The notes beneath the pieces were generated by a model. It had not been told where the DNA came from. It ran no database searches and saw nothing but the letters and a program-made list of their open reading frames with translations. The position numbers and the translations under genes were made by a program. Positions 25,001-34,464 of a stretch of 64,000 nt of DNA are shown here, one piece after another. The number at the start of each line of letters is the position of its first letter. The stretch's first letter is position 1. This DNA comes from Flectonema sp. DT1601 (Eukaryota), in the NCBI GenBank assembly GCA_964019425.1, contig OZ025796.1, positions 372,001-436,000 of the forward strand, written 5' to 3'.

Positions 25001-27233
25001 AAGGTTTAATAATTTTGTCCATTTTTTTGGCAAAAGGGAGAGATAAGTCATGGATCATTAAACTCCATGTTAACCTTGACAATAACAAGTGTTGGACAGA
25101 CCAAGCCTTCTGAGACCCATATAGTGGCATGGCGTCGACTTTTTTTAAAAAATTCCTGGTAAAAGTGGTCAGGCGCTCTCGCAATTTCTGTTCTTTGGCG
25201 TTCGGCTCAAACCAACGCCCGAGGTATTTGAACTCTCCAGCTTCCTGGAGATTCGTAATCGGAACATTGTTAATCTTCAGGTCCGGGTTAGCTGGTTTCC
25301 CTTGTACAAAGCTGTGGGCAATGCATTTCTGGGGTTTCGCTTTCATACCACGAGACCAGGAAAGAAACTGTTCGAGCGACTTGATTAGCAATTTTGCCCC
25401 CGCCTTTGATGACGTGGTAAGTTGTAAATCATCAGCAAAAGCTGCAACTAATAGTTGGAGGGATTTATTGTTAAACTCGTAGGCTTCCTGTTGATGAACT
25501 GCTAAGGAAAAGAGCAGTAGTTGGAATACCAAATTAAAAAGGGTTGGGGAGGAAACGCAGCCTTGAAAGACACCAACTTCAAAAGGGATAGTGGGCGTCA
25601 GGCCTTCTCCAACTCTGATTTGGACGCGCATGGAGGAATAATACCTTTTATAGAAACCGATTATTCTTTCGTGAATTCCGAAATATTTTAAAGCAAAGAA
25701 AATTAATTGATGTTTGACTGAGCCGAAAGCATCTGCCAAATCCACCCAGACAATTGTTAGGTTTTTCCGGAGAGCTTTCACTTCTTTAAAAATCTCTGAG
25801 GTGATCGTGGCATGTTCGATACACCCAGAGACACCTTTCCTAAAGCCTTTTTGAAAATTAAATTTAGAAAGAGTGTGGTTTGCGACGGCTTCCTGAATAA
25901 CCGTATTAAAAATTTTCCCGTCGCAGTTGCCCACAGCTATCGGTCTCGTTTTCGAGATGTCTTTCCCATCGGAGTTGGGCTTTGGGAGCATTGTTACAAA
26001 TGCTAAGCCCCAACTATCCGGATAGGCCTTGAGTTCGAAAATTCTCTTTAATACCTTGTAAAGTGCTTCCATAAAAGTTGGGACCTTTTTCCATACAACA
26101 TAAGGTATGCAATTGGGACCAGGGGCACATTTGTTTTTTTTCTTTGATAAGAGAATACCAAACTGTTCGAAGCTCGGGAACTGGATATCATCCATTGTCT
26201 TGTAGTCAGACTTAGGTAAAAAAGAGGGATGGGTGAAATCAGTTTTTTTTTTTTCATTGTCACAATAATTGTTTTTAAAATGTTCAATTATTTTTTCCTC
26301 TGGAATATCAAGGGAGGGGGGTTGAGGATCTTCTTTTTGGAGTTCTTCTTTTATGGCAGTAAACGGATTTTGACGAAATTTATCTTGTAATTTTTTGAAT
26401 AAATTTTTCTTTTCTAAATTCCGATACATTCGGAAAATCCTTTTCATTCTCGTTCTTGCCTCTTTCCATTTGACAGCGTTCTCTATAGAAGGCCCAGATT
26501 TGCGGAGCTCCTGTCTTAGCTGTTTCATTTCCAGACGACATTCAAGTTTTTCTTGGTCGAGGATGACCTCTTCCCTTGATTTCTGTTTGCGGGGTAAATT
26601 CCGCTTTGTTTCTTCAAAGAAACCGCTACATATTTGATAAACCGTTTTGAGTAGTTTATCAAGTTGGTCGGCAGGTTTTGAAGAGTTTTCTGTTTCGACG
26701 GTGAAAGTTTGAAGTTTTTCTGCAGCAGAAACGTCGATGTCCTTCCATTCAGTTCCAAAAGATCGGAATTTGAGACGAGACGGGTGTAACGGGGTAAAAG
26801 TGGGTGTTGTAGAGTTATAAGGAACGAAAGCTGTTTGTGAAGTTTTAAAATCTACAGATTCTCCTACAAAGGGAGGTTCCAGGTCTGAATTATTCCCTGT
26901 GAGGGGAGACAGAGGTGTACCTTTACATGTACCGTTAACACAGTGTTTCGCTCTCGTAGCGATACTTTTGAAAAGCTTACCACATTCTGGACAAGGTAAG
27001 TGGTAACAATCTTTAACTTGGGAGTGGGTAGATGGGGGAAAACGTGACTTATAGTCCTTAAATTCCTTACTAAACTTACAGTTACGTCTAAAATGCGCAA
27101 CTGGACCTTTGAGGTATGTCTCAAAACATAAAGGACATTTGGCTACTAAAGTTTTATCCCCATCCAGAGCCGATCTCGAAATAGCTAAAAAAAATCCAAA
27201 GAAATACCAAAAATGTCCAAAAAAAGTGGTATT
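22068..27233 (-). CDS. Retrotransposon polyprotein: 2 zinc fingers, reverse transcriptase, CCHC knuckle, restriction-like endonuclease, coiled-coil extension (start codon undefined; first ATG 26528)
   Basis: RT motifs APGPNCIPY, RPIAV, QKGF, VDLADAFGSV, GVFQGCVSSPTLF, AFADDL, FKYLG. Also CVLC-x8-H-x4-C, RHDSVL, RPDI, LELTCP and IEVGVRG. Manual translation shows no stop from 26529 to 27233. Confidence 0.93.
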   Translation of the reverse strand, partial: NTTFFGHFWYFFGFFLAISRSALDGDKTLVAKCPLCFETYLKGPVAHFRRNCKFSKEFKDYKSRFPPSTHSQVKDCYHLPCPECGKLFKSIATRAKHCVNGTCKGTPLSPLTGNNSDLEPPFVGESVDFKTSQTAFVPYNSTTPTFTPLHPSRLKFRSFGTEWKDIDVSAAEKLQTFTVETENSSKPADQLDKLLKTVYQICSGFFEETKRNLPRKQKSREEVILDQEKLECRLEMKQLRQELRKSGPSIENAVKWKEARTRMKRIFRMYRNLEKKNLFKKLQDKFRQNPFTAIKEELQKEDPQPPSLDIPEEKIIEHFKNNYCDNEKKKTDFTHPSFLPKSDYKTMDDIQFPSFEQFGILLSKKKNKCAPGPNCIPYVVWKKVPTFMEALYKVLKRIFELKAYPDSWGLAFVTMLPKPNSDGKDISKTRPIAVGNCDGKIFNTVIQEAVANHTLSKFNFQKGFRKGVSGCIEHATITSEIFKEVKALRKNLTIVWVDLADAFGSVKHQLIFFALKYFGIHERIIGFYKRYYSSMRVQIRVGEGLTPTIPFEVGVFQGCVSSPTLFNLVFQLLLFSLAVHQQEAYEFNNKSLQLLVAAFADDLQLTTSSKAGAKLLIKSLEQFLSWSRGMKAKPQKCIAHSFVQGKPANPDLKINNVPITNLQEAGEFKYLGRWFEPNAKEQKLRERLTTFTRNFLKKVDAMPLYGSQKAWSVQHLLLSRLTWSLMIHDLSLPFAKKMDKIIKPFLKKWWGFVRSANTVILFTGSKNTVGLRHKRVETLYKQAQSIKLDILRSSQDSDMHGVYNVIMEKSSNWSKKFSASAEWERLIKFFSYRSLAKQSAGLGHRLRDLRTTRPDLLKRFEVEATDELLNSLNKLQVQGQWKEWSKCMINDFTWNKVLREGNPAYISFQLKAVTNTLPSQDNLKRWNITNVDQNCVLCGKVNPTLRHVLTGCPVSLTQGRFTWRHDSVLKRIVIFLEELIIKANKRKENLPPPSQTFLKTGENKPLERISKETGELSLANDWVILDDVGDNRLIVPLEVCHVSSSLRPDIFIYSFFAKRALILELTCPNEDRFETSHVLKEKKYLKLRDSIIANGFDCNIFTIEVGVRGNICMDQLNIWTRHIGSPLAPTKALFCECTRIARQCSYVLFQTRNLPTWHSRPLMRSIKEEPATASFIKDGKEIFPVEEVKIHKVTKLKTIEKLTIERSWLEKCFIWQTCYASALSILLITNGSSSPAPSVLLDEDELTGLSLSFSSISSISFQTPPPELMSTGSQTLPADFAIVIRTQSDMGSQTPLYKKKEGKLRLKLSLKCQILENELEQMKERIFYVLFLFYFNAMSASLEKDKQLLNGLPVEIKATNQDPSSLPPAPPVLIIEKDRKEYELLEGVIQRLTAERDESKTSLSALVRQYDLVEDYRKRELANLTQRADLSEMALFNYHQRFVLLSNELETKCNEERESKIRLFYTQQEVESLRAARPRMTHFSQQVSPRTPVLYESVAMMKIAKNYLSLFTTTSSLFTPLIKPLIPTLNYITPLCPLASIPPTMPQSEALDRTPTKILRQESHVISVKENTPIARQWSEGRIDLLENYCRAVDDSLETNEKAAELSEQLLDAQLRLSELNHQRCTTHAEQLEQSMMLTGLASDLNAQLALARSQIAALKFQLASWAEGLSPPDTEEHEENETPPRKSERSTLKKRTPPSRYRYNRRRCSADDVHGDSTPL

Positions 27234-27356
27234 TTAAATTAGAAAATTTTTTTTGCTAAAAAAAGCTAAAGCTATATAGCTTTTTGGACAAGTATGCTTC
27301 ATTCACTCGAGAAGCTACAGATGCAAGAGGAATGGACGTCATGGAGCAATTGCATG

Positions 27357-28994
27357 CCGAGGCCAACTCCTGCAGCTCCGGTACCAACTGCTGTGGCTCC
27401 AGTTCCAACTGCTGTGGCTCCAGTTCCAACTGCTGTGGCTCCAGTTCCAACTGCTGTGACACCGAGGCCAACTCCTGTAGATCCGGTGTCAACTCCTGCA
27501 GCTCCGGTACCAACTGCTGTGGCTCCAGTTCCAACTGCTGTGGCTCCAGTTCCAACTGCTGTGGCACCGAGGCCAACTCCTGCAGCTCCGGTGTCAACTC
27601 CTGCAGCTCCGGTACCAACTGCTGTGGCTCCAGTTCCAACTGCTGTGGCACCGAGGCCAACTCCTGCAGCTCCGGTGTCAACTCCTGCAGCTCCGGTACC
27701 AACTGCTGTGGCTCCAGTTCCAACTGCTGTGGCTCCAGTTCCAACTGCTGTGGCTCCAGTTCCAACTGCTGTGGCTCCAGTTCCAACTGCTGTGGCACCG
27801 AGGCCAACTCCTGCAGCTCCGGTGTCAACTCCTGCAGCTCCGGTACCAACTGCTGTGGCTCCAGTTCCAACTGCTGTGGCACCGAGGCCAACTCCTGCAG
27901 CTCCGGTGTCAACTCCTGCAGCTCCGGTACCAACTGCTGTGGCTCCAGTTCCAACTGCTGTGGCTCCAGTTCCAACTGCTGTGGCACCGAGGCCAACTCC
28001 TGCAGCTCCGGTACCAACTGCTGTGGCTCCAGTTCCAACTGCTGTGGCACCGAGGCCAACTCCTGCAGCTCCGGTGTCAACTCCTGCAGCTCCGGTACCA
28101 ACTGCTGTGGCTCCAGTTCCAACTGCTGTGGCACCGAGGCCAACTCCTGCAGCTCCGGTGTCAACTCCTGCAGCTCCGGTACCAACTTCTGTGGCTCCAG
28201 TTCCAACTGCTGTGGCACCGAGGCCAACTCCTGCAGCTCCGGTGTCAACTCCTGCAGCTCCGGTACCAACTGCTGTGGCTCCAGTTCCAACTGCTGTGGC
28301 TCCAGTTCCAACTGCTGTGGCTCCAGTTCCAACTGCTGTGGCACCGAGGCCAACTCCTGCAGCTCCGGTACCAACTGCTGTGGCTCCAGTTCCAACTGCT
28401 GTGGCACCGAGGCCAACTCCTGCAGCTCCGGTGTCAACTCCTGCAGCTCCGGTACCAACTGCTGTGGCTCCAGTTCCAACTGCTGTGGCTCCAGTTCCAA
28501 CTGCTGTGGCTCCAGTTCCAACTGCTGTGGCACCGAGGCCAACTCCTGCAGCTCCGGTACCAACTGCTGTGGCTCCAGTTCCAACTGCTGTGGCACCGAG
28601 GCCAACTCCTGCAGCTCCGGTGTCAACTCCTGCAGCTCCGGTACCAACTGCTGTGGCTCCAGTTCCAACTGCTGTGGCACCGAGGCCAACTCCTGCAGCT
28701 CCGGTGTCAACTCCTGCAGCTCCGGTACCAACTGCTGTGGCTCCAGTTCCAACTGCTGTGGCTCCAGTTCCAACTGCTGTGGCTCCAGTTCCAACTGCTG
28801 TGGCACCGAGGCCAACTCCTGTAGATCCGGTGTCAACTCTTGCAGCTCCGGTACCAACTGCTGTAGCTCCGGTTCTAACTGCTGTAGCTCCGGTACCAAC
28901 TGCTGTGGCTCCAGTTCCAACTGCTGTAGCTCCGAGGCCAACTCCTGTAGCTCCGGTACCAACTCCTGTAGCTCCGGTGCCAACTGCGCCTGCT
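27357..28994 (+). repeat. 21-bp coding minisatellite (PVPTAVA / PRPTPAA / PVSTPAA heptads), about 78 units
   Basis: ccagttccaactgctgtggct and variants; 1638 bp / 21 = 78. Confidence 0.93.
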
Positions 28995-29966
28995 GTTGGT
29001 GGCTTTTCAGCTGATGGAACAATTAATTTTGAAGTAGTTGCGGAATTGTCTGACTTGTTAAGTCAGAGAGATACGTTAATAGCTGCCGCTTCAACAGATT
29101 TAGGTGGTATTGCTCTCTGTGATAAGTTCTGTCAGGGTAATAATTGTTTTAATTGTGATGGCACTGCTGCTACTCAAAGATCTGTTACTACACTAGTCAG
29201 AGCAAATTGGAGGGTGATCTTGATTATAATTAATAATAAAAATGAGGGCATTACAAAATCAACTGTCGATAATTCATTAATGAAACTGTTGTCAAACAAT
29301 GCGGTTATTGAATACGTTGAAGGAAGTGCTGTTGTTTTTGCTGCGAATGGTAGCAGCCCCCAAGTTGTTGTTGTTGATGGTGACTTTGACGATGCTCACA
29401 CTCACGGAAAGATTATGGTGGCAATTTGGGGGTACTGGGTTCCTTTGTCAGTTGTTGTTAAGGTTCTTGGACCTTTTGTGTGTAAGGGAGAAGTGTTTGA
29501 GTATCCGATCCCATTGGTAATCCACATGGTCATGATGATTACCGCAATGTGTTTAACTACTGTTTTCGCTTCTATTGCCTTGTCAGACTTTAACAACAGA
29601 GTAGACTATGGACATAGAGAACTTGGTATTACTTTATTAGTGATTGGGTGGGTTCAAATACTAAGTGGTCTTGTCAAGCCAGAGAAGGAATCTGAATACA
29701 GAAAGTACTGGGGATGGGGACACGTTCTGTTTGGTATTTCAGTTGTGATAATTTCAATCGGTCAAATGGTGACCGGAGCTGAAAATATTAAACGCCTATT
29801 CACAAATGACTCGAATGACGTTAGGATTGCTCTGATCGTTGGATTGGTCACCATGGGTGTTATTTATATTGTTGGGAAAATCTACGTCACTGTTACAAAG
29901 GAAGAAGTGATTTCGGTTGAAGAAAACAATAGAACTAAAGACTGTGAACCTGATGAAGAAATGTAA
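27357..29966 (+). pseudogene. CYBDOM gene copy 1, 5' part cut off by the retrotransposon cluster (long Pro/Thr stalk plus cytochrome b561 remain)
   Basis: The 3' part is nearly identical to copies 2-5. It begins abruptly inside the 21-bp repeat, with no signal peptide or DOMON domains. Confidence 0.85.
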
Positions 29967-30564
29967 ACATAAAAAGAAGGTTGTCTTCACGTGGAAGTAA
30001 GTAACATTCGTATCCTTACTTCCCTCCCTCTTGCTAAACATAAATTTATTCTGGCGATGGTTCTGATATTTGCTCTTTCGTTTTTTGATTTTTTTTCGCA
30101 AGTCTTGACTCACGTGCTCTTGGAATTGACGAGATCGCGTGAGAAAAGCTATTGTCAAGATTTGTTTTTAATTTTCGAAAACTCGCGAAGAAACTGTTCC
30201 TCCTCTCGTATTCTTTTTACCTCCCCTCCTTTTTTTTTTATATCCCCCAGGCGCAGAAACATATCCCAGTCGAAAGGGACTGTTTTCAGGCGTTGAGGGG
30301 GAAACAAAAAAAAAAAAAAAAAAAAGGGGTTTTTCTATTTCAGCTCTGAAGATAAACATACAGAGCGGGAATTTAATGTTTTCATTATCTTCACTGATCA
30401 TTTCATTTCATTTTAATTTGCTTTCTCTTTCATTTCAATTCTAGCTCTGAAGATAAAAATATAGGGCAAACCATTTAATGTTTTCATTATCTTAATTCCT
30501 GTTGGAGTCTATTTTTATGTTAACTTCATTTCATTATTTCAACAGTCTCATTATTACTATGCAG

Positions 30565-30644
30565 GTGTGTGTTATCGTTTTCTTCACTCGGGTAGCGAAT
30601 ATTTCCTTAAAAAGTCATTCTAATGTAATTCACTTACTCAACAG
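30565..30644 (+). other. Probable 80-nt GT-AG intron in the CYBDOM 5' UTR (repeated before copies 2-5)
   Basis: tatgcag|gtgtgt...ttctaat...ctcaacag|ttaaatataaaccATG. Confidence 0.5.
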
Positions 30645-30657
30645 TTAAATATAAACC

Positions 30658-33600
30658 ATGAGAGTACTCAGTCTCTTTATATTGTTATCCTTATTGGGTG
30701 TTGGTAGTTCCCAATGCACCGCTTCAACTCTGATGGTGACGGGAGCGGGCACGACTTACGACTGCATGGTTGATTTGTCGTCGGAAGTAACCATGCACTG
30801 GAATCGTGAATTGAGCGGGACAGCTGCTGTTGCGGTTACGACGACATCGGTCAACGGATGGTTTTCGGTGTCGTTTGCAGCAACTGTGGGGTCGATGATC
30901 CCAGCTGATGGTTTCATTTGTACCAGTGCTACCGCTGTGGATACCTACCGGATGAGATCAAGGTTTTCAGTTGGAGTTTATAGAAGTAGTTTGTTTCCGA
31001 ATCTCGAAGCCGCGACCACGGAAATTTCAAACGGTATGCGTATTCTGAGATTCAACGCCGCTGCAAATCTTCTGACGGCTGCCATGCCAGTGAACTTCGC
31101 TTTCCATTCATCTGAGACGGGATTTCGTGTGAACAGGCATACCACGGTTGGAAGTGTGGCTGTGAATTTCTTCCCGCCAACCCCACCGCCGACTCCACGA
31201 CCAACCCCTACTCCAAGTTGCACGGCTTCAACTCTGATTCTGACGGGAAGCACGACTTACGACTGCATGGTGGATTTGTCGCCAGAGGTAACCCTTCACT
31301 GGTATCACGAAACAATCGAGACAACTGCTGTTGCTGCTACGACGACATCGATCAACGGATGGTTTTCAGTGTCGTTTCCTGATGCTTTGGGGTCCATGAT
31401 CCCAGCTATTGGTGTCGCTTCGACCAGTGCGATCGCTGCGGACGTCTACTTGATGACTGGAAAGACAACAGCTGGAATCACTCCGGCGACGTTTACGGAC
31501 ATCAACACCCCGACCACGGAGATTGTGAGCAACATGCGTATTCTGAGGTTCAACGTCGCTGCATCTTTTCTGACGGCTGCCATGCCGGTGAACTACGCTT
31601 TCCATTCGTCTGAGATGGAATTTCGTGTGAGCAAGCATACCACGGCAGGGAGCGTGGCTGTGAATTTCGTGGAACCAACTCCTCAACCGACCCCTGCTCC
31701 ACATTGCGCGGATTCGACTCTGATTCAGACGGGAAGCAAAACTTACGACTGCATGATGACTGTGTCACCGGAATTTGCCATCCACTGGAATCGCGAGGCA
31801 AGCGGGAGAGCTGCTGTTGCGGCTACGACGACATCGGTCAACGGATGGTTTTCGGTGTCGTTTCCTGAAACTTTGGGATCCATGATCCCAGCAACCGGTG
31901 CCGTTTCGATCCGTGGTCTCACTGGGAACGTTATCGCTGCGTACATCCTCACAATCAATGAAAGGAGATCATTGGGAATCAATTTTATTGATCCTACGGA
32001 CATGGGCATCAACACGCAGACAACGGAAATTGTAAATGGTATTATCATTCTGAGATTCAACGTCGCTGCCTCTTTTCTGACGGCTGCCATGCCTGTGAAC
32101 TTCGCTTTACATCCGAGTGAGCTCGGATTTCCTAAAACTAAGCATACTACGACAAGAAGTGTGGCTGTGAATTTCGTTGAACCAATTCCGGCACCAACTC
32201 CGCCACCAACTCCACTACCAACTCCACTACCAACTCCACTACCAGCCACTGCTCCATTTTGCATGGCTTCGACTCTGATTCAGACGGGAAGCAAAACTTA
32301 CGACTGCATGATGCATTTGTCCCCGGTAGTAATTATCCATTGGAATCGCGAGGCAAGCGGGAAAGTTGCTGTTGCGGCTACGACGACATTGGTGACCGGA
32401 TGGTTTGCAATTGCGTTTCCTGAAACTTTGGGATCCATGATCCCAGCAACTGGTGTCGTCACGACCGGTGGTACGAACGGTAACGCTTTCAGGGACGTGG
32501 GCGTCATGTCAATAATTGAAAGGTCAGGATATCAATCTGGTGGACTTAATTTTGTTGTGTCTCCAAACATCGACACTCCGACCACGGATGTTGTAAACGG
32601 TATTGTCGTTATGAGATTCAATGTCGCTGCGTCTTTTCTGACGACAGCCATGCCAGTGAACTTCGCTTTCCATTTATCTGAGATCGCATTTCCTGAAAGC
32701 CAGCATACTTCAGCGGGAAGTGTGACTGTGAATTTCGTGGAACCAACACCTGTGGTTCCGTTACCAACTGCTGTAGCTCCGGTTCCAACTGCTGTGGCTC
32801 CAGTTCCAACTGCTGTGGCTCCAGTTCCAACTGCTGTGGCTCCAGTTCCAACTGCTGTGGCTCCAGTTCCAACTGCTGTGGCTCCAGTTCCAACTGCTGT
32901 GGCTCCAGTTCCAACTGCTGTGGCTCCAGTTCCAACTGCTGTGGCTCCGGTTCCAACTGCTGTGGCTCCAGTTCCAACTGCTGTGGCTCCAGTTCCAACT
33001 GCTGTGGCTCCAGTTCCAACTGCTGTGGCTCCAGTTCCAACTGCTGTGGCTCCAGTTCCAACTGCTGTGGCTCCAGTTCCAACTGCTGTGGCTCCAGTTC
33101 CAACTGCTGTGGCTCCAGTTCCAACTGCTGTGGCTCCAGTTCCAACTGCTGTGGCTCCAGTTCCAACTGCTGTGGCTCCGGTTCCAACTGCTGTGGCACC
33201 GAGGCCAACTCCTGCAGCTCCGGTACCAACTGCTGTGGCTCCAGTTCCAACTGCTGTGGCTCCGGTTCCAACTGCTGTGGCTCCAGTTCCAACTGCTGTG
33301 GCTCCAGTTCCAACTGCTGTGGCTCCAGTTCCAACTGCTGTGGCTCCAGTTCCAACTGCTGTGGCTCCGGTTCCAACTGCTGTAGCTCCGGTACCAACTG
33401 CTGTGGCTCCAGTTCCAACTGCTGTAGCTCCGTTACCAACTCCTGTAGCTCCGGTACCAACTCCTGTAGCTCCGGTGCCAACTGCGGCTGCTGTTGGTGG
33501 CTTTTCAGCTGATGGAACAATTAATTTTGAAGTAGTTGCGGAATTGTCTGACTTGTTAAGTCAGAGAGATACGTTAATAGCTGCCGCTTCAACAGATTTA

Positions 33601-34464
33601 GGTGGTATTGCTCTCTGTGATAAGTTCTGTCAGGGTAATAATTGTTTTAATTGTGATGGCACTGCTGCTACTCAAAGATCTGTTACTACACTAGTCAGAG
33701 CAAATTGGAGGGTGATCTTGATTATAATTAATAATAAAAATGAGGGCATTACAAAATCAACTGTCGATAATTCATTAATGAAACTGTTGTCAAACAATGC
33801 GGTTATTGAATACGTTGAAGGAAGTGCTGTTGTTTTTGCTGCGAATGGTAGCAGCCCCCAAGTTGTTGTTGTTGATGGTGACTTTGACGATGCTCACACT
33901 CACGGAAAGATTATGGTGGCAATTTGGGCGTACTGGGTTCCTTTGTCAGTTGTTGTTAAGGTTCTTGGACCTTTTGTGTGTAAGGGAGAAGTGTTTGAGT
34001 ATCCGATCCCATTGGTAATCCACATGGTCATGATGATTACCGCAATGTGTTTAACTACTGTTTTCGCTTCTATTGCCTTGTCAGACTTTAACAACAGAGT
34101 AGACTATGGACATAGAGAACTTGGTATTACTTTATTAGTGATTGGGTGGGTTCAAATACTAAGTGGTCTTGTCAAGCCAGAGAAGGAATCTGAATACAGA
34201 AAGTACTGGGGATGGGGACACGTTCTGTTTGGTATTTCAGTTGTGATAATTTCAATCGGTCAAATGGTGACCGGAGCTGAAAATATTAAACGCCTATTCA
34301 CAAATGACTCGAATGACGTTAGGATTGCTCTGATCGTTGGATTGGTCACCATGGGTGTTATTTATATTGTTGGGAAAATCTACGTCACTGTTACAAAGGA
34401 AGAAGTGATTTCGGTTGAAGAAAACAATAGAACTAAAGACTGTGAACCTGATGAAGAAATGTAA
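30658..34464 (+). CDS. DOMON x4 - Pro/Thr stalk - cytochrome b561 protein (CYBDOM / ferric-chelate-reductase-like), copy 2
   Basis: Signal peptide and four repeats with GWF(S/A)..F...GSMIPA and a distal His (e.g. KHTT), fitting DOMON Met/His heme ligands. The C-terminal multi-TM region has four His (THGKIM, IHMVMM, GHRELG, GHVLFG), typical of cytochrome b561. Confidence 0.88.
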   Translation: MRVLSLFILLSLLGVGSSQCTASTLMVTGAGTTYDCMVDLSSEVTMHWNRELSGTAAVAVTTTSVNGWFSVSFAATVGSMIPADGFICTSATAVDTYRMRSRFSVGVYRSSLFPNLEAATTEISNGMRILRFNAAANLLTAAMPVNFAFHSSETGFRVNRHTTVGSVAVNFFPPTPPPTPRPTPTPSCTASTLILTGSTTYDCMVDLSPEVTLHWYHETIETTAVAATTTSINGWFSVSFPDALGSMIPAIGVASTSAIAADVYLMTGKTTAGITPATFTDINTPTTEIVSNMRILRFNVAASFLTAAMPVNYAFHSSEMEFRVSKHTTAGSVAVNFVEPTPQPTPAPHCADSTLIQTGSKTYDCMMTVSPEFAIHWNREASGRAAVAATTTSVNGWFSVSFPETLGSMIPATGAVSIRGLTGNVIAAYILTINERRSLGINFIDPTDMGINTQTTEIVNGIIILRFNVAASFLTAAMPVNFALHPSELGFPKTKHTTTRSVAVNFVEPIPAPTPPPTPLPTPLPTPLPATAPFCMASTLIQTGSKTYDCMMHLSPVVIIHWNREASGKVAVAATTTLVTGWFAIAFPETLGSMIPATGVVTTGGTNGNAFRDVGVMSIIERSGYQSGGLNFVVSPNIDTPTTDVVNGIVVMRFNVAASFLTTAMPVNFAFHLSEIAFPESQHTSAGSVTVNFVEPTPVVPLPTAVAPVPTAVAPVPTAVAPVPTAVAPVPTAVAPVPTAVAPVPTAVAPVPTAVAPVPTAVAPVPTAVAPVPTAVAPVPTAVAPVPTAVAPVPTAVAPVPTAVAPVPTAVAPVPTAVAPVPTAVAPVPTAVAPVPTAVAPVPTAVAPRPTPAAPVPTAVAPVPTAVAPVPTAVAPVPTAVAPVPTAVAPVPTAVAPVPTAVAPVPTAVAPVPTAVAPVPTAVAPLPTPVAPVPTPVAPVPTAAAVGGFSADGTINFEVVAELSDLLSQRDTLIAAASTDLGGIALCDKFCQGNNCFNCDGTAATQRSVTTLVRANWRVILIIINNKNEGITKSTVDNSLMKLLSNNAVIEYVEGSAVVFAANGSSPQVVVVDGDFDDAHTHGKIMVAIWAYWVPLSVVVKVLGPFVCKGEVFEYPIPLVIHMVMMITAMCLTTVFASIALSDFNNRVDYGHRELGITLLVIGWVQILSGLVKPEKESEYRKYWGWGHVLFGISVVIISIGQMVTGAENIKRLFTNDSNDVRIALIVGLVTMGVIYIVGKIYVTVTKEEVISVEENNRTKDCEPDEEM

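Larger units (their letters stand above)
16527..27356 (-). mobile_element. Non-LTR retrotransposon copy A (RLE type, HERO/R2-like), apparently intact, ~10.8 kb visible
   Basis: Single long ORF, ~120 nt of 5' non-coding sequence ending at the junction with the host minisatellite (tgcatg|ccgaggcc), and a >5.5 kb 3' region shared with copies B and C. Confidence 0.92.

Noticed and set aside
27234..27356. HDV-like ribozyme at the element 5' end
   Set aside because: Only short inverted repeats are visible (aaagctatatagcttt; atgcaa/ttgcat). The nested double pseudoknot could not be built by eye, so a covariance-model search is needed.
1..27356. Telomeric retrotransposon array
   Set aside because: No telomeric repeats are in view, orientations are mixed, and the cluster abuts an internal host gene. 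It cannot be fully excluded beyond the left edge.
27256..29022. Alternative-frame ORFs (Cys/Ser-rich 576 aa; antisense Glu/Leu/Gln 588 aa) and equivalents in other copies
   Set aside because: They are stop-free by-products of the 21-bp repeat. Only the Pro/Thr frame continues into the b561 domain.
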